This document shows positions 50,102 through 61,098 of a DNA stretch of 64,000 bases, in pieces. The stretch spans positions 16,063 through 80,062 of the forward strand of contig CAJLIR010000003.1 in NCBI GenBank assembly GCA_905206805.1, given 5' to 3'. Position numbers and translations under genes: made by a program. This DNA comes from an uncultured Bacillales bacterium. GTDB taxonomy: Bacteria; Bacillota_I; Bacilli_A; RF39; UBA660. Below the pieces are notes generated by a model. The model did not search any database. It saw only the letters and a program-made list of their open reading frames with translations, and had not been told where the DNA came from. The stretch's first letter is position 1. Every line of letters begins with the position of its first letter.

Positions 50102-51039
50102 AAAAGAAAGTTGTAATTTTAGGTGGAGGTAATGGTTTATCAACACTAATAAGAGGTATAAAACTTTTCCCAGTAGATATAACTGCTGTTGTAACAGTAA
50201 GTGATGATGGAACAAGTACAGGTAGATTAAGAGAAGAATTTAATATTCCAGCAGTAGGTGATATAAGAAGAGTTTTAGTGTCACTTTCTGAAACTGAACC
50301 ACTAGTAGAAGAATTATTTAATTATCGCTTTAAAACTACAAGCGAATTAAATGGTCATACAGTTGGTAATTTATTATTAACTGCAGTTACAAATATTGCA
50401 GGAAATATGTCTGATGGTATTGAGTCATTAGGAAAAATATTAAATTTAAAAGGTAAAGTACTTCCTTTAACAGAAGATAATTGTACACTTATGGCTGAAA
50501 TGAGTGATGGACGAATTATTGAAGGTGAACATAATATAACTGAGGCATCTGGAGTAATAAAAGAAGTTTTTTACAAAGAAAAGCCAGTTATAACACCAGA
50601 AACAATGAAAGCTATAAAAGAAGCTGATTTGATTGTTTTAAGTATGGGAAGTTTATATACAAGTATTATTCCAAATTTAATAGTTAAAGAAATGATTGAT
50701 CAAATAGATTCAAGTTCTGCAAAAATAATGTATGTATGCAACATTATGACACAGCCAGGTGAAACAGATGGATTTAAAGTAAGTGATCATATAAATACTT
50801 TGAACAAATATTTAGGAAAAAAGAAAGTAGATACCGTTATTGTAAATAATGGAAAAATAACTAAAGATATAATAGAAAAGTATTCTGTTTTAGAACAAAA
50901 AGATCCAGTAATTTTAGATAAAGAAAATATAGATGAAAATGTAAAAATTATTGAGTGTGATTTAGTAGATACATCAACTGGAAAAATAAGTCACGATGTT
51001 TTAAAATTAGGATTTAATATTTTTTCTTGTACATTGTAG
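50098..51039 (+). CDS. yvcK: YvcK/GlmR-family gluconeogenesis factor (UPF0052, CofD-like)
   Basis: N-terminal VVILGGGNGLSTLIRGIK with the conserved yvcK-whiA gene pair. Confidence 0.75.
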   Translation: MKKKVVILGGGNGLSTLIRGIKLFPVDITAVVTVSDDGTSTGRLREEFNIPAVGDIRRVLVSLSETEPLVEELFNYRFKTTSELNGHTVGNLLLTAVTNIAGNMSDGIESLGKILNLKGKVLPLTEDNCTLMAEMSDGRIIEGEHNITEASGVIKEVFYKEKPVITPETMKAIKEADLIVLSMGSLYTSIIPNLIVKEMIDQIDSSSAKIMYVCNIMTQPGETDGFKVSDHINTLNKYLGKKKVDTVIVNNGKITKDIIEKYSVLEQKDPVILDKENIDENVKIIECDLVDTSTGKISHDVLKLGFNIFSCTL

Positions 51040-51045
51040 GTAACT

Positions 51046-51975
51046 ATGTCATTTACAGCTCAAATAAAATCTGAAATTTGTTCAATAAAAACAACCGAAA
51101 CAGAAAAAATCAGTGAATTATCTGCAATAATAAATAATATTTCTGAAATTGAAAAAAACATTAATATTAGTACAGAAAATATTGCGGTATTTAAGCATAT
51201 ATATGATTTAATTACAAGTATATATCATATAGAACCTAGAATAATTGTAAGACAAGGTTACAATTTTAATAAAAATCACCTTTATATTTTAGAAATTGAA
51301 TCAAATGTTGATACAATATTAGATGATTTAAGTATTAAGAAAAATGGCAAAATTTTAAATGTTCCAGAAGATTACATAATTGATGATTTTGAACTTCTAA
51401 GAGCATATTTAAGAGGGATGTTTATAGCTGTTGGAAGTATTAATGATCCAAAGACATCAAGATATCATTTAGAAATGATAGTAAATAATCGTGAATATGC
51501 AGAATTTATTTCAAAAAAATTAAATAAAAATAATTTAAAAAGCAAAATTATAAAGCGTGATAATAAGTATATGATATATATTAAAGAATCGGAAAAAATA
51601 AGTGATTTTCTAAGAATGATTAAGGCAAATAATGCAGTATTATATTATGAAGATATAAGAATATATAGAGACTATAAAAATATGACAAATAGGCTTAATA
51701 ATTGTGAACAAGCAAACATTGATAAAATGATTCAAACTGCAAATACACAAGTTTTAGATATTGAGTTAATAGAAAAATATGGAAGTCTTGATTTATTACC
51801 AGATAAAGTAAAAGAGGTAGCAATTTATAGAAAAAAATATCCAGAAGTATCATTACTTGAACTGAGCCAAATAATTACAATCGAAACAGGTAATGAAATT
51901 ACAAAATCAGGTATATATCATAGAATGAAAAAAATAAATGATCTAGCAAATAAAATAAGGGATAAACAAAAATAA
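51046..51975 (+). CDS. whiA: DNA-binding protein WhiA
   Basis: 309 aa with LAGLIDADG-like repeats and a C-terminal HTH, immediately after yvcK. Confidence 0.8.
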   Translation: MSFTAQIKSEICSIKTTETEKISELSAIINNISEIEKNINISTENIAVFKHIYDLITSIYHIEPRIIVRQGYNFNKNHLYILEIESNVDTILDDLSIKKNGKILNVPEDYIIDDFELLRAYLRGMFIAVGSINDPKTSRYHLEMIVNNREYAEFISKKLNKNNLKSKIIKRDNKYMIYIKESEKISDFLRMIKANNAVLYYEDIRIYRDYKNMTNRLNNCEQANIDKMIQTANTQVLDIELIEKYGSLDLLPDKVKEVAIYRKKYPEVSLLELSQIITIETGNEITKSGIYHRMKKINDLANKIRDKQK

Positions 51976-52082
51976 TATTGTTTATCCTTTTAAAATTAGA
52001 AATTATTTCCTAATTTATTTAAAAAAATAATAAAGACATATTGTTCTATTTGTAGTATAATATATGTTGGATGGAGGTATAT

Positions 52083-53066
52083 ATGGAAGAATTTTTTAAA
52101 CAATTAACAAAACAAATAAAAGATTGTGAAAAAATTATATTTATGACTCATCAAAATATGGATTTAGATGGATTTGCTTCTATTTTAGCTCTATCTGAGG
52201 TAGCAGACGCATTTAAAAAAGTAAATTATATATTGATTAATAATAAATTTACAAATACTTCAATAAATAAATCATTAGATAAATTAAAATCAGAACAATT
52301 ATTTTTTAATTATATCTATAAAAAAGATGTTACAAAAGTATTAACTGATAAAGCAATAATAATTGTTTTAGATGTTCATAAACCTAGTATGGTTGAAATG
52401 CCTTCCTTATTGGAAAAATGTCCAAACATTATAGTAATTGATCATCACATAAAATGTAAGCAATATATACAAAATACAGTTTTAAATTACATTAATTCAA
52501 ATATGTCTAGTACTATTGAAATAATTTCTAAATACTTAAAATTTTTAAACAAAAAAGTTAATCCAATAGTTGCAACAATGATGTTAGCAGGTATGGAAAT
52601 TGATACTAACTCATTTAATGTAAAAACAAACGCTTCAACATTTTCAAGTGCAGCATTTCTAATGGATATGGGTGCAGATAATATTTTAAAACAAGAACTA
52701 TTAAAAGAAGATAAAGATGAATATATAATAAGACAAAAATATATTGAAAATAGCTATATGTTAAATAATAAAATAGCTATTTGTACACTTGATAATAAAA
52801 TAGTTGATAATAAAATTTTAGCCCAAATTGCTGAAAATTTACTCCAATTTGATAATGTTGAAATAGCCTATGCGATTGGTTACGTAAGCAAAAATAAAGT
52901 TGGAATAAGTGCTAGATCAATTGGAAAATATAATGTAGAACCAATTATGAAAAATTTATTTGGAGGTGGACATGCTACAGAAGCAGCTACCCAAATAAAA
53001 AATGTAAATATAGAATCAGCACTCAATATGTTAATGAATGAAATTGATAAAGATGAGGTGAATTAA
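52083..53066 (+). CDS. DHH/DHHA1-family phosphoesterase (NrnA/GdpP-like)
   Basis: DHH motifs MTHQNMDLDGFAS, DHH (IVIDHH) and DHHA1 GGGHATEAA. It sits upstream of rplI-dnaB, as gdpP does in Firmicutes, but lacks the TM/PAS/GGDEF N-terminus. Confidence 0.65.
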   Translation: MEEFFKQLTKQIKDCEKIIFMTHQNMDLDGFASILALSEVADAFKKVNYILINNKFTNTSINKSLDKLKSEQLFFNYIYKKDVTKVLTDKAIIIVLDVHKPSMVEMPSLLEKCPNIIVIDHHIKCKQYIQNTVLNYINSNMSSTIEIISKYLKFLNKKVNPIVATMMLAGMEIDTNSFNVKTNASTFSSAAFLMDMGADNILKQELLKEDKDEYIIRQKYIENSYMLNNKIAICTLDNKIVDNKILAQIAENLLQFDNVEIAYAIGYVSKNKVGISARSIGKYNVEPIMKNLFGGGHATEAATQIKNVNIESALNMLMNEIDKDEVN

Positions 53067-53513
53067 ATGAAAGTAATATTTTTAAAAGATGTTAAAGGAC
53101 AAGGAAAGAAAGATGAAATAAAAGAAGTAAGCGATGGTTACGGTAAAAACTTTTTAATCAATAAAGGCTATGCGGTTTTAGCAACACCTACAGGATTAAA
53201 AAAACTAAATAAGGAACAACAAGAACATAAAGAACAAGAAGAAATAAAAAAATCATTTGCTTTAGAACAAAAAAGTAAATTAGAAAAAGAAACTTTAAAA
53301 TTTAAGGTTAAAACTGGTGAACAAGATAGAGTATTTGGAAGTGTATCATCAAAACAAATCATTTCTGAATTAAAAAAATTAGGATATAATATTGATAAAA
53401 AAATGTTTAAGACAAATGAATCATTAACATTTTTAGGATTTCACAATGTTGAAATTGAATTATATAAAGGCGTAATCGCAACATTAAAAGTACAATTAGT
53501 TAAAGAAAAATAG
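53067..53513 (+). CDS. rplI: 50S ribosomal protein L9
   Basis: [31 protein letters not shown]; 148 aa. Confidence 0.9.
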   Translation: MKVIFLKDVKGQGKKDEIKEVSDGYGKNFLINKGYAVLATPTGLKKLNKEQQEHKEQEEIKKSFALEQKSKLEKETLKFKVKTGEQDRVFGSVSSKQIISELKKLGYNIDKKMFKTNESLTFLGFHNVEIELYKGVIATLKVQLVKEK

Positions 53514-53523
53514 GTGATGTAAT

Positions 53524-54900
53524 GTGGAAAAAATAATGCCACATAATATAGATGCAGAAAAAGCAGTATTAGGTTCAATGATTTTATCAAAGTATGCAAT
53601 GCAGCGTGGAATAGAAAGTTTATCAGAAGAACTATTCTATCTTGACGCACATAAAAAAATATTTGTGGCCTTAACTGAACTTGCTAATAATAATCACGCA
53701 GTAGATATTACAACATTAACAGACGTTTTAATAAATAAAAATTGGTTAAAACAAGTTGGTGATATTGAATATATAACTGAATTATTTAATGCAGTTCCAA
53801 CTGCTTATAACGTAGATGAATATATAAATATAGTAAATGAAAAAGCAATTAGAAGACGTCTAATTGAAGCAGGAACAAGTATAGTAGATTCTGCGTATCA
53901 AATTGATGATGAATTAACGGATACACTAGATGGAGCAGAAAAGAAAATATTAAGTGTCGTTAAAACAAGACAAGGAACTGAGTTTAAAAGTATTCAAGAC
54001 GTTGTTTTAAAAGCCCAATCAGATTTGGAAAAATTATCTCAAAGTAAGGGTGAAGTAACTGGCCTTGCAACTAATTTCACAGAAATAGATAAAGTAACGT
54101 CAGGACTTCACGCTAATGAATTAATTATTATAGCTGCTCGTCCTGCAATGGGAAAAACCGCATTTGCTCTTAATTTAGCAACTAATATGGCAGTTACAAA
54201 TAAAAAAACAGTTGCCCTTTTTAACCTGGAAATGGGTGCAGAACAATTGGTTAATCGTATGTTTTCATCTCTAGGTCAAATTGAAGGTAATAAGCTTAAA
54301 AGTGGTTATCTAGAACATAATGATTGGAAAAGAGTAGATGAGGCAGTAAGCTTACTTGCAAAATCAAATATGTATATAGATGATACGCCAGGTATTACAA
54401 TTGGTGAAATAAGAGCAAAATGTAGGCGACTTGCAAGTTCAGAAAAAGGACTTGATATTGTAATTATTGACTATTTGCAATTAATTTCTGGATCTGCAAA
54501 ATATGCGGGAAATCGTCAACAAGAAATTGCCGAGATTTCTCGTTCGTTAAAAACATTAGCTATGGAATTAAAAATTCCTATAATAGCGTTAGCTCAGTTA
54601 TCTCGTGATGTAGAAAAACGTCAAGGTGATAAAAGACCAATTTTAAGTGATTTAAGAGAATCAGGTTCAATTGAACAAGATGCCGATATTGTTTCCTTCT
54701 TGTATCGTGATGATTACTATAACAAACCTGGAACAATTGAAGAGGATGATACAGGAGAAAAAAATATATCTATGCCAGGACTTGATTCTGAAACAAGTAT
54801 TAGTGAATTTATAATTGCAAAACATCGTAATGGTCCAACTTGTACAATTAAATTATTATTCAAAAGAGATACAAGTACATTTATAGATATAGAAAATTAG
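53524..54900 (+). CDS. dnaB: replicative DNA helicase DnaB
   Basis: NIDAEKAVLGSMI; Walker A AARPAMGKT; Walker B; RecA-like C-terminal domain. The start is either GTG 53524 or ATG 53536. Confidence 0.9.
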   Translation: MEKIMPHNIDAEKAVLGSMILSKYAMQRGIESLSEELFYLDAHKKIFVALTELANNNHAVDITTLTDVLINKNWLKQVGDIEYITELFNAVPTAYNVDEYINIVNEKAIRRRLIEAGTSIVDSAYQIDDELTDTLDGAEKKILSVVKTRQGTEFKSIQDVVLKAQSDLEKLSQSKGEVTGLATNFTEIDKVTSGLHANELIIIAARPAMGKTAFALNLATNMAVTNKKTVALFNLEMGAEQLVNRMFSSLGQIEGNKLKSGYLEHNDWKRVDEAVSLLAKSNMYIDDTPGITIGEIRAKCRRLASSEKGLDIVIIDYLQLISGSAKYAGNRQQEIAEISRSLKTLAMELKIPIIALAQLSRDVEKRQGDKRPILSDLRESGSIEQDADIVSFLYRDDYYNKPGTIEEDDTGEKNISMPGLDSETSISEFIIAKHRNGPTCTIKLLFKRDTSTFIDIEN

Positions 54901-54911
54901 GAAGTGATTAT

Positions 54912-56627
54912 ATGAAAAAATTTGGAATTGGATTCATTGTAGTAGTGCTAAGTCTTATGACATTCGTTTTAGGCTTTGATTATCGTGATAATGAAATACC
55001 AAACGAATATTATCAAGTATATTTAGACGATGAATTAATTGGAACTATAAAATCAAAAGATGAACTTGAAAATTATATAAAAAATGAAGGAGAAACAATC
55101 AAAAATAAAGTTACAGATTATCAATTTTTATTAGATTTTGAATGCAACAACGATTTAACAGAAGAAGATAAAACACGTTATAATAAAATATTGAATGACT
55201 TTAAAGATGAATATTCTTCTGAATTAAAATTACTAGAAAAAGGTAATATTATTGATAATTCAAAAACAAATTCTTTAGAAAATTGTGCAAATGGAGAATT
55301 AACTAATAATGAAAAATATTTATTAAACAATTATATTTTAAAAAATCAAATATATTTATATGCGGATCAAATTAATGAACCAAATGGCCTACAAATAAGA
55401 AAAGTTACAACATATAATAATTCATTTACTGATGCTAAAGAAATATATGAAAAAATCGCAGAAAAAAAATCATTTACAGTTAAAGGATATCAAATTTCTA
55501 TAAAATCTGTTGACACAGAAACAAATGAAAACACAGTAAAAACAATTTATGTATTGAATGAAGATGTGTTTAAAAAAGCTGTAGAATCAATGATTAAAAC
55601 ATACTTAGGTGAAGATGATTACAAAGCATATTATGATGAAACTCAAACAAAAATAGAAACAGTAGGTTACTATATAAATAATGTTTATGTAGAAGAAAAT
55701 ATAACTATAAAAGAGATGCAGATACCTGTAGATGAAGTAATATATATGGATGATGTAACACTTGCTTCATATCTATTATTTGGAACTACTGATAAACAAA
55801 GAACATATGTAGTACAAGAGGGAGATACTATTAGTTCAATAGCCCTTAATAATAAAATTAGTACATCAGAATTTTTAATATCTAATAGACAATTTAAAAG
55901 CGAATCAAGCCTTTTATTTGCCGGTCAAGAAGTAGTAATAGGTGTTACTGATCCTCAAATAAAGGTAGTTGTTGAAAAAGAAGTTAGAGAAGATGTTGAA
56001 AGTAAATACAATACTACAGAAAGAATAAATCCAGACAAAGTTATAGGTGACGATAGCGTTGTTCAAAAAGGTGAAAATGGTATATTAAGAGTTAGTCGTT
56101 TAACTAAAACAGTTAATGGTGATGTTATAAGCGTTGAACCAGTTGGCGAAAATGAAGTATTAAAATACCCAGTAGATGAAGTAATTGAACGTGGTGGAAA
56201 AGCTGTTCCAAACGTAGGAACATTAACAAATTGGGCTTGGCCAACAAATCAAGGTTATATGATTACATCTTATTATCAATGGAGAATTAGTCCAATTACC
56301 GGAAAACGTGAATTCCATACAGGTCTTGATATAGCAGGAACAGGTTATAGATCACCAATATATGCAGCAAATAATGGTACTGTCATAACTGCCGGATGGA
56401 GTTCTGGTGGATGGGGTAACTATGTTGTAATAAATCATAATAATGGATATTATACAATGTATGCTCATATGGATCAACAAATTGTTAAAGTTGGTCAAAC
56501 AGTTGCAAAAGGTACTGTCATTGGTTATATGGGACATACTGGATGGGCAACTGGAGACCATGTACATTTTGAGGTATGGCACGGTGGAGAATGGCAACGT
56601 ATTAATCCACTAGAAATATATCAATAA
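54912..56627 (+). CDS. M23-family peptidase with LysM domain
   Basis: LysM (QEGDTISSIALNN) and the M23 motifs HTGLDIA...YAHM...GHTGWATGDHVHFE. N-terminal TM anchor. Confidence 0.75.
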   Translation: MKKFGIGFIVVVLSLMTFVLGFDYRDNEIPNEYYQVYLDDELIGTIKSKDELENYIKNEGETIKNKVTDYQFLLDFECNNDLTEEDKTRYNKILNDFKDEYSSELKLLEKGNIIDNSKTNSLENCANGELTNNEKYLLNNYILKNQIYLYADQINEPNGLQIRKVTTYNNSFTDAKEIYEKIAEKKSFTVKGYQISIKSVDTETNENTVKTIYVLNEDVFKKAVESMIKTYLGEDDYKAYYDETQTKIETVGYYINNVYVEENITIKEMQIPVDEVIYMDDVTLASYLLFGTTDKQRTYVVQEGDTISSIALNNKISTSEFLISNRQFKSESSLLFAGQEVVIGVTDPQIKVVVEKEVREDVESKYNTTERINPDKVIGDDSVVQKGENGILRVSRLTKTVNGDVISVEPVGENEVLKYPVDEVIERGGKAVPNVGTLTNWAWPTNQGYMITSYYQWRISPITGKREFHTGLDIAGTGYRSPIYAANNGTVITAGWSSGGWGNYVVINHNNGYYTMYAHMDQQIVKVGQTVAKGTVIGYMGHTGWATGDHVHFEVWHGGEWQRINPLEIYQ

Positions 56628-57391
56628 TGAAAGTATGTGTATTATCAAGCGGTAGTGGAGGAAATTGTACCTTGATCGAAAGTGGAAAAACAAAAATACT
56701 TGTCGATTTAGGTACTTCTTCACTTTATGCCGAAAAAAGATTACGTGAAATCAATATCGAACCTGAAGAAATTGATGGAATTTTTATAACTCATACCCAC
56801 GTTGACCATATTAAAGGAATAAAAGTATTTTTAAAAAAATATAACACTAAGTTATATTTAAGTGAAATAATTTTAAAGGAAATATATAATGAAATTAAAC
56901 CACAAAATTATGAAATAATTGATAGTGAAATTAATTTAAATGATTTTAATGTTACAATGTTTAAAATATCGCATGACACAGAAGATGCTAATGGATTTAT
57001 ATTTGAATCAAACGGTAGAAGTGTTGTATATGTAACCGATACAGGATATTTGAATATACGAAATCATAAATTATTAACCAATAGAAATATGTATGTATTT
57101 GAAAGTAATCACGATGTCGAAATGTTAATGAATGGACATTATCCATATCATATCAAACAAAGAATTTTAGGTGATAAAGGACATTTATCAAACAAAGATT
57201 CAGCATATTATTTATCAAAATTTGTTGGTAATAATACAAAATGTGTTATTCTTGCCCATTTAAGTAAAGACAATAATACCAAAGAACTTGCTTTAGAAAC
57301 ATTACAAGACTGTTTAAAAAAATGTAATAAAGATGTTGAAAAAATCCTAATAGCAGAACAAGACAAAAGAACTGAGTTGATTGAAGTATGA
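56627..57391 (+). CDS. MBL-fold metallo-hydrolase (WalJ/YycJ-like)
   Basis: HxHxDH motif ITHTHVDHIKG and a downstream GHLSN. Confidence 0.7.
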   Translation: MKVCVLSSGSGGNCTLIESGKTKILVDLGTSSLYAEKRLREINIEPEEIDGIFITHTHVDHIKGIKVFLKKYNTKLYLSEIILKEIYNEIKPQNYEIIDSEINLNDFNVTMFKISHDTEDANGFIFESNGRSVVYVTDTGYLNIRNHKLLTNRNMYVFESNHDVEMLMNGHYPYHIKQRILGDKGHLSNKDSAYYLSKFVGNNTKCVILAHLSKDNNTKELALETLQDCLKKCNKDVEKILIAEQDKRTELIEV

Positions 57392-57843
57392 TAAAAGTAC
57401 TTTGTGTTGGAAAAATAAAGGAAAAGTTTTTTAAAGATGCAATAGCTGAATATCAAAAAAGATTATCTAAATATACAAAATTAGAAATTATCGAAGTAGA
57501 AGATATAAACTTACCAAATATCATAGATATAAAGAAAAAAGAAGCAGAATTATTAGAAAAATATATAGGACCGAAAGATTATTTAATAACTTTGGAAATC
57601 GATGGAAAACAAATTTCTTCTTTAGAACTATCTAAAAAGTTATCCACAACTTTAATAGAAAATTCTAATATAATTTTTCTAATAGGTGGTTCTTATGGAA
57701 TAGCAGAATCAATAAAAAATAGGAGTAATTATGCATTGTCTTTTTCAAAAATGACTTTTCCACATCAATTATTTAGAGTGATTTTATTAGAACAAATATA
57801 CCGTTCATATAAAATAATGAATAATGAAAGCTATCATAAATAA
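57388..57843 (+). CDS. rlmH: 23S rRNA (pseudouridine1915-N3)-methyltransferase RlmH
   Basis: SPOUT signature of about 150 aa (MIKVLCVGKIKEKFF...IGGSYGI...). Confidence 0.85.
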   Translation: MIKVLCVGKIKEKFFKDAIAEYQKRLSKYTKLEIIEVEDINLPNIIDIKKKEAELLEKYIGPKDYLITLEIDGKQISSLELSKKLSTTLIENSNIIFLIGGSYGIAESIKNRSNYALSFSKMTFPHQLFRVILLEQIYRSYKIMNNESYHK

Positions 57844-58034
57844 GTTTTTGCACTATATATGTGTAAAACTTTTTTTTTATATCAAAAAAATAATATACTG
57901 AAATCTAATTTTTAAACATCAGTTGTGCAAAACTATGCAGAAATAATTAATAATAATTTTTAAAAATCTTAATTATAAACAAAATATGTGCAAAACTATA
58001 ATAAAATTACAAAAAAATACTGAAATAATCAGTA

Positions 58035-59660
58035 TTAATTTTCTAACGTGTTTAAAAGTACTGGAACAACTTGTTTTTTTCTAGAAACAACACCAGGTAA
58101 GAATGAACCCTCTTCCAAGTTATCAACATTAAAACATTTTGCAAGTACATCGCGAGCAGATTTATTGAAAAATATATATGAACCATTTTCAATAACATCT
58201 GTAACAAAGAATGCAACTAAATAATATTCTTCTTTTGAACATATATTTTCAATTGTATTGATATAATTTTCTTTTTTATCTAAAATTTCGTCAACACTAA
58301 CTGTTGAAAATTGTCCTATTCCTAATTTTAAATTATTACAAGGATAATTCTTAAAATCAGTATAAATAACATCTTCTTCAGTTTTACCTTCTAGAGAAGC
58401 TCCTGCTTTAATCATTTGCTTTCCGTAAACTTTATAATCAACACCAGCAATTGCTGCAAGTATTGGTACTATTTCACGGTCTATATCGGTAGTAGTTGGT
58501 GAAGTTAATATTAATGTATCAGATAATATTCCAGACAACATTAATCCAGCAATATCCTTTGGAATTTCAATGTTGTTTTCTTTATACATTAAGTAAAGAA
58601 TTGTATTTGTACTTCCAACAGGCATATTTCTAAAATTAATTGGAGCAGTTGTACCAATATTTCCAATATTATGGTGATCAATTACCTCAACAATTTCAGC
58701 TTCTTCAATTCCAACTGCACTTTGCATATATGAATTGTGATCAACTAATATACATTGTTTACGTTTGTGATCAGCTATGTCACTAAGTCTTAACATTCCT
58801 AAACATTTATTATGTTTATCAACAACTGGGTAATTAGTATATTTTACTTTGTTAGCAATTTCTAAACAACTATTTAATTCATCATTTTGATTAAAACATA
58901 CTATATCATCAGTCATCATCGCATTTTTAAGATAGTTGCATAAACTAATCATATTTGCTGCTTTAAATGTATCGTATTCAGTAGAAATAATATTGATATT
59001 ATTTTTCTTAGCTAGTTCTAAGCATTTTTCATTTAAACTAAATCCACCAGTTAATATAACTAATTTTAATTTTTTGTTTAAAACATATTCTAAAATATCA
59101 TTTCTATTTCCAACAATTAAAATAGTATCATTATCAATTGTAACATCGTTTATAAATGTATTTGTTTCATAAGATGCAACTAAAATATTTCCCTTTAGTT
59201 CTGTATCAAATTTACAAATTTCCTTTCCCTTTAAAGCTTCAACAATATTATCATAAGATGAATCTAAGAATTTGTCAGAATTAAAAATTTCTTCCTTAGC
59301 TATATTTTTCATACCAATCATACCAACAAAATCTTGATTATCATTAACAATTGGTAACATAGTAACACCTAATTCACACATTTTTAAATAACATTTATAT
59401 ATAGAATTCTGTGCATTAATAAAATAATCTTTATGATAATTTACATCTTTAATTTCGACTTTAACATCATTTAGATATCTAGGCTCTGAAACATTAAAAT
59501 AATCAAGTACAAACTTACTTTCAGGATTTGTATCACTTAATATTCTAGGTTCAGTATTAAAACCTAATTTGTTTTTTAAATAAGATAACGATATCGCTGC
59601 CGCAACACTATCAGTATCTGGCTTGCGATGTCCAAATATATAAATTTTTTCATTTTCCAT
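58035..59660 (-). CDS. ppaC: manganese-dependent inorganic pyrophosphatase with CBS-domain insertion (family II, DHH)
   Basis: N-terminus IFGHRKPDTDSVAAAIS, later DHH and DHHA2 motifs, and a ~250-aa insert with CBS pairs; 541 aa. Confidence 0.8.
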   Translation of the reverse strand: MENEKIYIFGHRKPDTDSVAAAISLSYLKNKLGFNTEPRILSDTNPESKFVLDYFNVSEPRYLNDVKVEIKDVNYHKDYFINAQNSIYKCYLKMCELGVTMLPIVNDNQDFVGMIGMKNIAKEEIFNSDKFLDSSYDNIVEALKGKEICKFDTELKGNILVASYETNTFINDVTIDNDTILIVGNRNDILEYVLNKKLKLVILTGGFSLNEKCLELAKKNNINIISTEYDTFKAANMISLCNYLKNAMMTDDIVCFNQNDELNSCLEIANKVKYTNYPVVDKHNKCLGMLRLSDIADHKRKQCILVDHNSYMQSAVGIEEAEIVEVIDHHNIGNIGTTAPINFRNMPVGSTNTILYLMYKENNIEIPKDIAGLMLSGILSDTLILTSPTTTDIDREIVPILAAIAGVDYKVYGKQMIKAGASLEGKTEEDVIYTDFKNYPCNNLKLGIGQFSTVSVDEILDKKENYINTIENICSKEEYYLVAFFVTDVIENGSYIFFNKSARDVLAKCFNVDNLEEGSFLPGVVSRKKQVVPVLLNTLEN

Positions 59661-59818
59661 AAAATACCTCCATTACATACTAATCATTATATCATTTAAC
59701 AAATTTGATGTAAATTAAAAATAAATAAGTATATATATATATAATAAAAAATGATATAATAAAATGCATTGGAATAAAAAAATATTTTTGACTCAAACTA
59801 TTGATAGAAAGTGGGGAA

Positions 59819-60352
59819 TTTATGAAATCAACTGGTGTAATAAGAAGAATAGATGAATTAGGTCGAATCGTTATTCCAAAAGAAATCAGAAAAAGTCTAA
59901 GAATACATGAAGGAGATAGCATAGAAATATATACTGACAATAATGAAAATATCGTTTTAAAAAAATATTCAAATATAGATTCTAGAAACGATATAGCAAA
60001 AATACTCATAAAAGAGATAAATAAATATTTAAAACATGATGTATTAATAACAGATCAAGATAAAATAATAGCGGTTGAAGGAAGCATAAAAAAGGATTAC
60101 TTAGATAAAGAATTAAATTCAAAATTTACTAGTGAATTTATAAATAAAAAAAATGACTTTGAAGACAAAAAAAATATTCAAATAATTGATAATAAAAATC
60201 TAGAAGGCTATTTTATTATTAAACCATTAAATATAGATGGAATTAATTCTGGATTTATAATTATTTATTCTAAAGATACAAAATTTACTATAGATAATGA
60301 TAATTTTATTCAATTTATAGCGTCTTTTTTTACAAAATATCTTGAAGAATAA
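59819..60352 (+). CDS. AbrB/SpoVT-family transcriptional regulator with C-terminal GAF-like domain (SpoVT-like)
   Basis: N-terminal swapped-hairpin domain GVIRRIDELGRIVIPKEIRKSL plus a ~120-aa C-terminal domain, like SpoVT. Confidence 0.55.
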   Translation, partial: FMKSTGVIRRIDELGRIVIPKEIRKSLRIHEGDSIEIYTDNNENIVLKKYSNIDSRNDIAKILIKEINKYLKHDVLITDQDKIIAVEGSIKKDYLDKELNSKFTSEFINKKNDFEDKKNIQIIDNKNLEGYFIIKPLNIDGINSGFIIIYSKDTKFTIDNDNFIQFIASFFTKYLEE

Positions 60353-60384
60353 AAATAAAAATGATATAATACACCTGATTTGTT

Positions 60385-60600
60385 AAAAACTGTGATGGAA
60401 AGAAAAATAATTAGATTTTAAAGAGAGTCTATATTTGGTGTGAATAGATATTGATAATTATTTCGAATGGTTCCTTGAGTTGCTTAATCGATATTTAGAT
60501 TAAGACGTTTAATGCGTTAAATTATTAAGATATAGTAAAACACTATAAATAAGGTGGTACCGCGGTAATTTCGCCCTTAATTATGGTGTTTTTTTTGTTT
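60385..60600 (+). promoter_or_regulatory. T-box leader (tRNA-sensing riboswitch) upstream of dut-metG
   Basis: An AGAGA box at about 60418 and the conserved T-box AAGGTGGTACCGCGG at 60550..60565, followed by a T-run at 60587..60596. A Met-tRNA synthetase operon lies downstream. Confidence 0.5.
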
Positions 60601-60613
60601 AGGAGGATATTTT

Positions 60614-61096
60614 ATGAGAGAATTTTCTAAAATAAGTTTTGAACAATTTAAAAAAGATGTTTGTGATGATAAAAAATTATATGAAGAATATAATTTACCA
60701 AAAAGACAAACAAAAAATAGTGCAGGATATGATTTTGAATCATTAACTGATTTTACTTTAAAACCAAATGAATCAAAAAAAATACCTTTAGGAATTAAAG
60801 TAAAAATGAATGAAGATGAATTTCTTATGATAGTAGTAAGAAGTAGCCTAGGATTTAAGTATAATGTACGGATGTGTAATCAAGTTGGAATTATTGATAG
60901 CGATTACTTTGATAATCCAGATAATGAAGGACATTTATTTATTAAATTATATAATGAAGGAAATGAAGAATTTTGTGTTAAAAAACATGATCGTTTATGT
61001 CAAGGAATATTCACTAAATTTTTAACAGTTTCAAATGAAGAAGAAATAAAAAATACAAGAACTAATGGATTTGGTTCTACTAATAAAGGAGAATAA
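60614..61096 (+). CDS. dut: dUTP diphosphatase (dUTPase/dCTP deaminase superfamily)
   Basis: Motifs SAGYDF, VGIIDSDY and a C-terminal TNGFGSTNKG glycine-rich motif. Confidence 0.65.
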   Translation: MREFSKISFEQFKKDVCDDKKLYEEYNLPKRQTKNSAGYDFESLTDFTLKPNESKKIPLGIKVKMNEDEFLMIVVRSSLGFKYNVRMCNQVGIIDSDYFDNPDNEGHLFIKLYNEGNEEFCVKKHDRLCQGIFTKFLTVSNEEEIKNTRTNGFGSTNKGE

Positions 61097-61098
61097 AT

